A stretch of DNA of 64,000 nucleotides. It comes from Spizellomyces punctatus DAOM BR117. Lineage: Eukaryota. The stretch's first letter is position 1, and every line of letters begins with the position of its first letter. Below are positions 62,584 through 64,000 of the stretch, in pieces. The DNA is taken from the NCBI GenBank assembly GCA_000182565.2, contig KQ257467.1. The stretch is one strand, 5' to 3'. A program made the position numbers and the translations under genes. The notes beneath the pieces are model-generated. The model saw only the letters and a program-made list of their open reading frames with translations. It was not told the DNA's origin and did no database searches.

Positions 62584-64000
62584 ATGGGGAATACTGGATC
62601 AGCGCTGTCGGAACCCGTCGGGCCCAACCCCGCCGTCAAGACCACCCCATCAACACCATCACCGTCGACACCGTCCTCAAGGGAGAATGCCAAGGACAGG
62701 TGGGATAAAGTCGATGTAGAAGATGGAACGCGAGCAAGGATTCTCGAGTCCCGGGAACTTGAAGAGGATGCCACGGTTCGGTTTGGGATGAACGGCACGT
62801 CTGGGAATTCGGAGCGGAGGTCAAGTTTGCTGGCTGTTATGGATGGGGTTATAGACGGCTTGTTTTTGGCAGCTGGGAGTGTTCGAGGGGTTGGGGGGTT
62901 GATGGGGAGTGAGGATCGAGTGGTGCCAGAGAGGTGTGCGAGTGGACGGGAGAGCGAGGTGAGGCTTCCTGGAGGTTACAAAAATGGTATGTTGGCAAGT
63001 TAAAGCTGTGTTTGTTTGAGCTAGTCAGTATCGCTTATATGCTTCACAGCCTTTATAAACTCCACATCCTACACCCATCTCAACCGAATGAGCGGCGCAT
63101 CTCGTGAACTAGACCGTATGGAAGCCGGTGTGCCCGATGAGATTATTGAAGACCTTGGATCCCGCTTGTCCCAAACGGCCATTGACCAGCCCATTCAACA
63201 AGTGTTTGCAACACCCCAGGTTCAGAGTACTATAAATGTGGAACCTTACGGGATCATTGAGCCCATGTCAACGGTCGTTGACACGACACTAGTTGTGCAC
63301 CCAGCACTTGAATACAGTGCAATCGACAAAGTATTGGAAAAACACCCCTTAATGGATCAATCTGAATCCTTGATCATGACCCCCTACATGCAAGACTCTG
63401 ACACTGATATCCCAAAACCCGATATCCGCACCAACGTACTCGGCTCAGATATCATCACTCCGGAACCGACACCCATCACCGAACACCCTCCTACCCCGAA
63501 CGCCCCAAAACTCAGCCGGATACCAAAGTATAATTCATGTTCGACTTTGTTTGTTGAGGCAACGATCAGTAATGCGGATTTGAATGACACATTGCGTTGG
63601 TATGTTTATCGTACCAGTTTTTGAAAGGCGAACACTTACTGACTTGTATGGCTAGTGTGGCATCGGCATTGGTCAACCACATGAAAAAGAACCTTCAAGA
63701 CCAAACATTTAAAACCGATAACATATTTTCAGAAGAATTGCATCCGCTTTCTGTAAGTACTCCCAAAACAAACACAAACAAAACGTAGACAAAAGTTCTA
63801 AGATGAGACCAATGTAGCAACATATACAATTCTACCGTCGTATGCCGAAGGAAGACGATATTTTCAAATTCCTCGAATGTTTGTTCAATGCAGCGGAACT
63901 AACCGCTGAATGCGGAATCATTACCCTCGTAAGTATCAATTTGCACCCATTCACAAACCAACAAGGAGGTTGAACGCATTTGACAATCTTGCAGATTTAC
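62584..64000 (+). CDS. CCNY: Cyclin Y-like protein (3' end beyond window)
   Basis: MGNTGS myristoylation-type start; KYNSCSTLF, TLRCVASAL, IFSEELHPLS and IFKFLECLFNAAELTAECGIITL|IY closely follow recalled cyclin Y sequence. Confidence 0.85.

Overview
Eukaryotic, gene-dense genomic DNA with many short GT-AG introns (mostly ~45-120 nt) and one ~700-nt N gap (20318-21015). The gene content mixes fungal-type genes (MAK32-like PfkB kinase, ankyrin-DIL protein, Crz1-type zinc fingers, RAD30) with animal-like genes largely absent from yeasts (cyclin Y, ERMARD, FAM135). This suggests an early-diverging fungus, probably a chytrid (inference, no database search run). About 26 protein-coding genes were reconstructed by hand, including PP2C, a CobD/HisC-like PLP enzyme, an F-box protein, an Mx-like dynamin, DNA polymerase eta, UFD1, a FUBP-like KH protein, tafazzin and a PTGR-like oxidoreductase. 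The most unusual locus is a ~6.7-kb single-pass receptor gene. Its apparent architecture is signal peptide, beta/gamma-crystallin-like domain, EGF/furin-like Cys repeats, repetitive Ser/Thr stalk, TM helix and a catalytically degenerate TKL-type pseudokinase. Other leads are an intronless ORF resembling a permuted GIY-YIG fold, a tandem-HEPN ERMARD homolog, a CIA30-family protein with an apparent signal peptide, a tRNA-3'-like structured element and a frameshift in an otherwise intact PP2C. No rRNA, convincing tRNA, CRISPR array or transposon was seen. All exon boundaries and family calls come from manual reading and motif recall.
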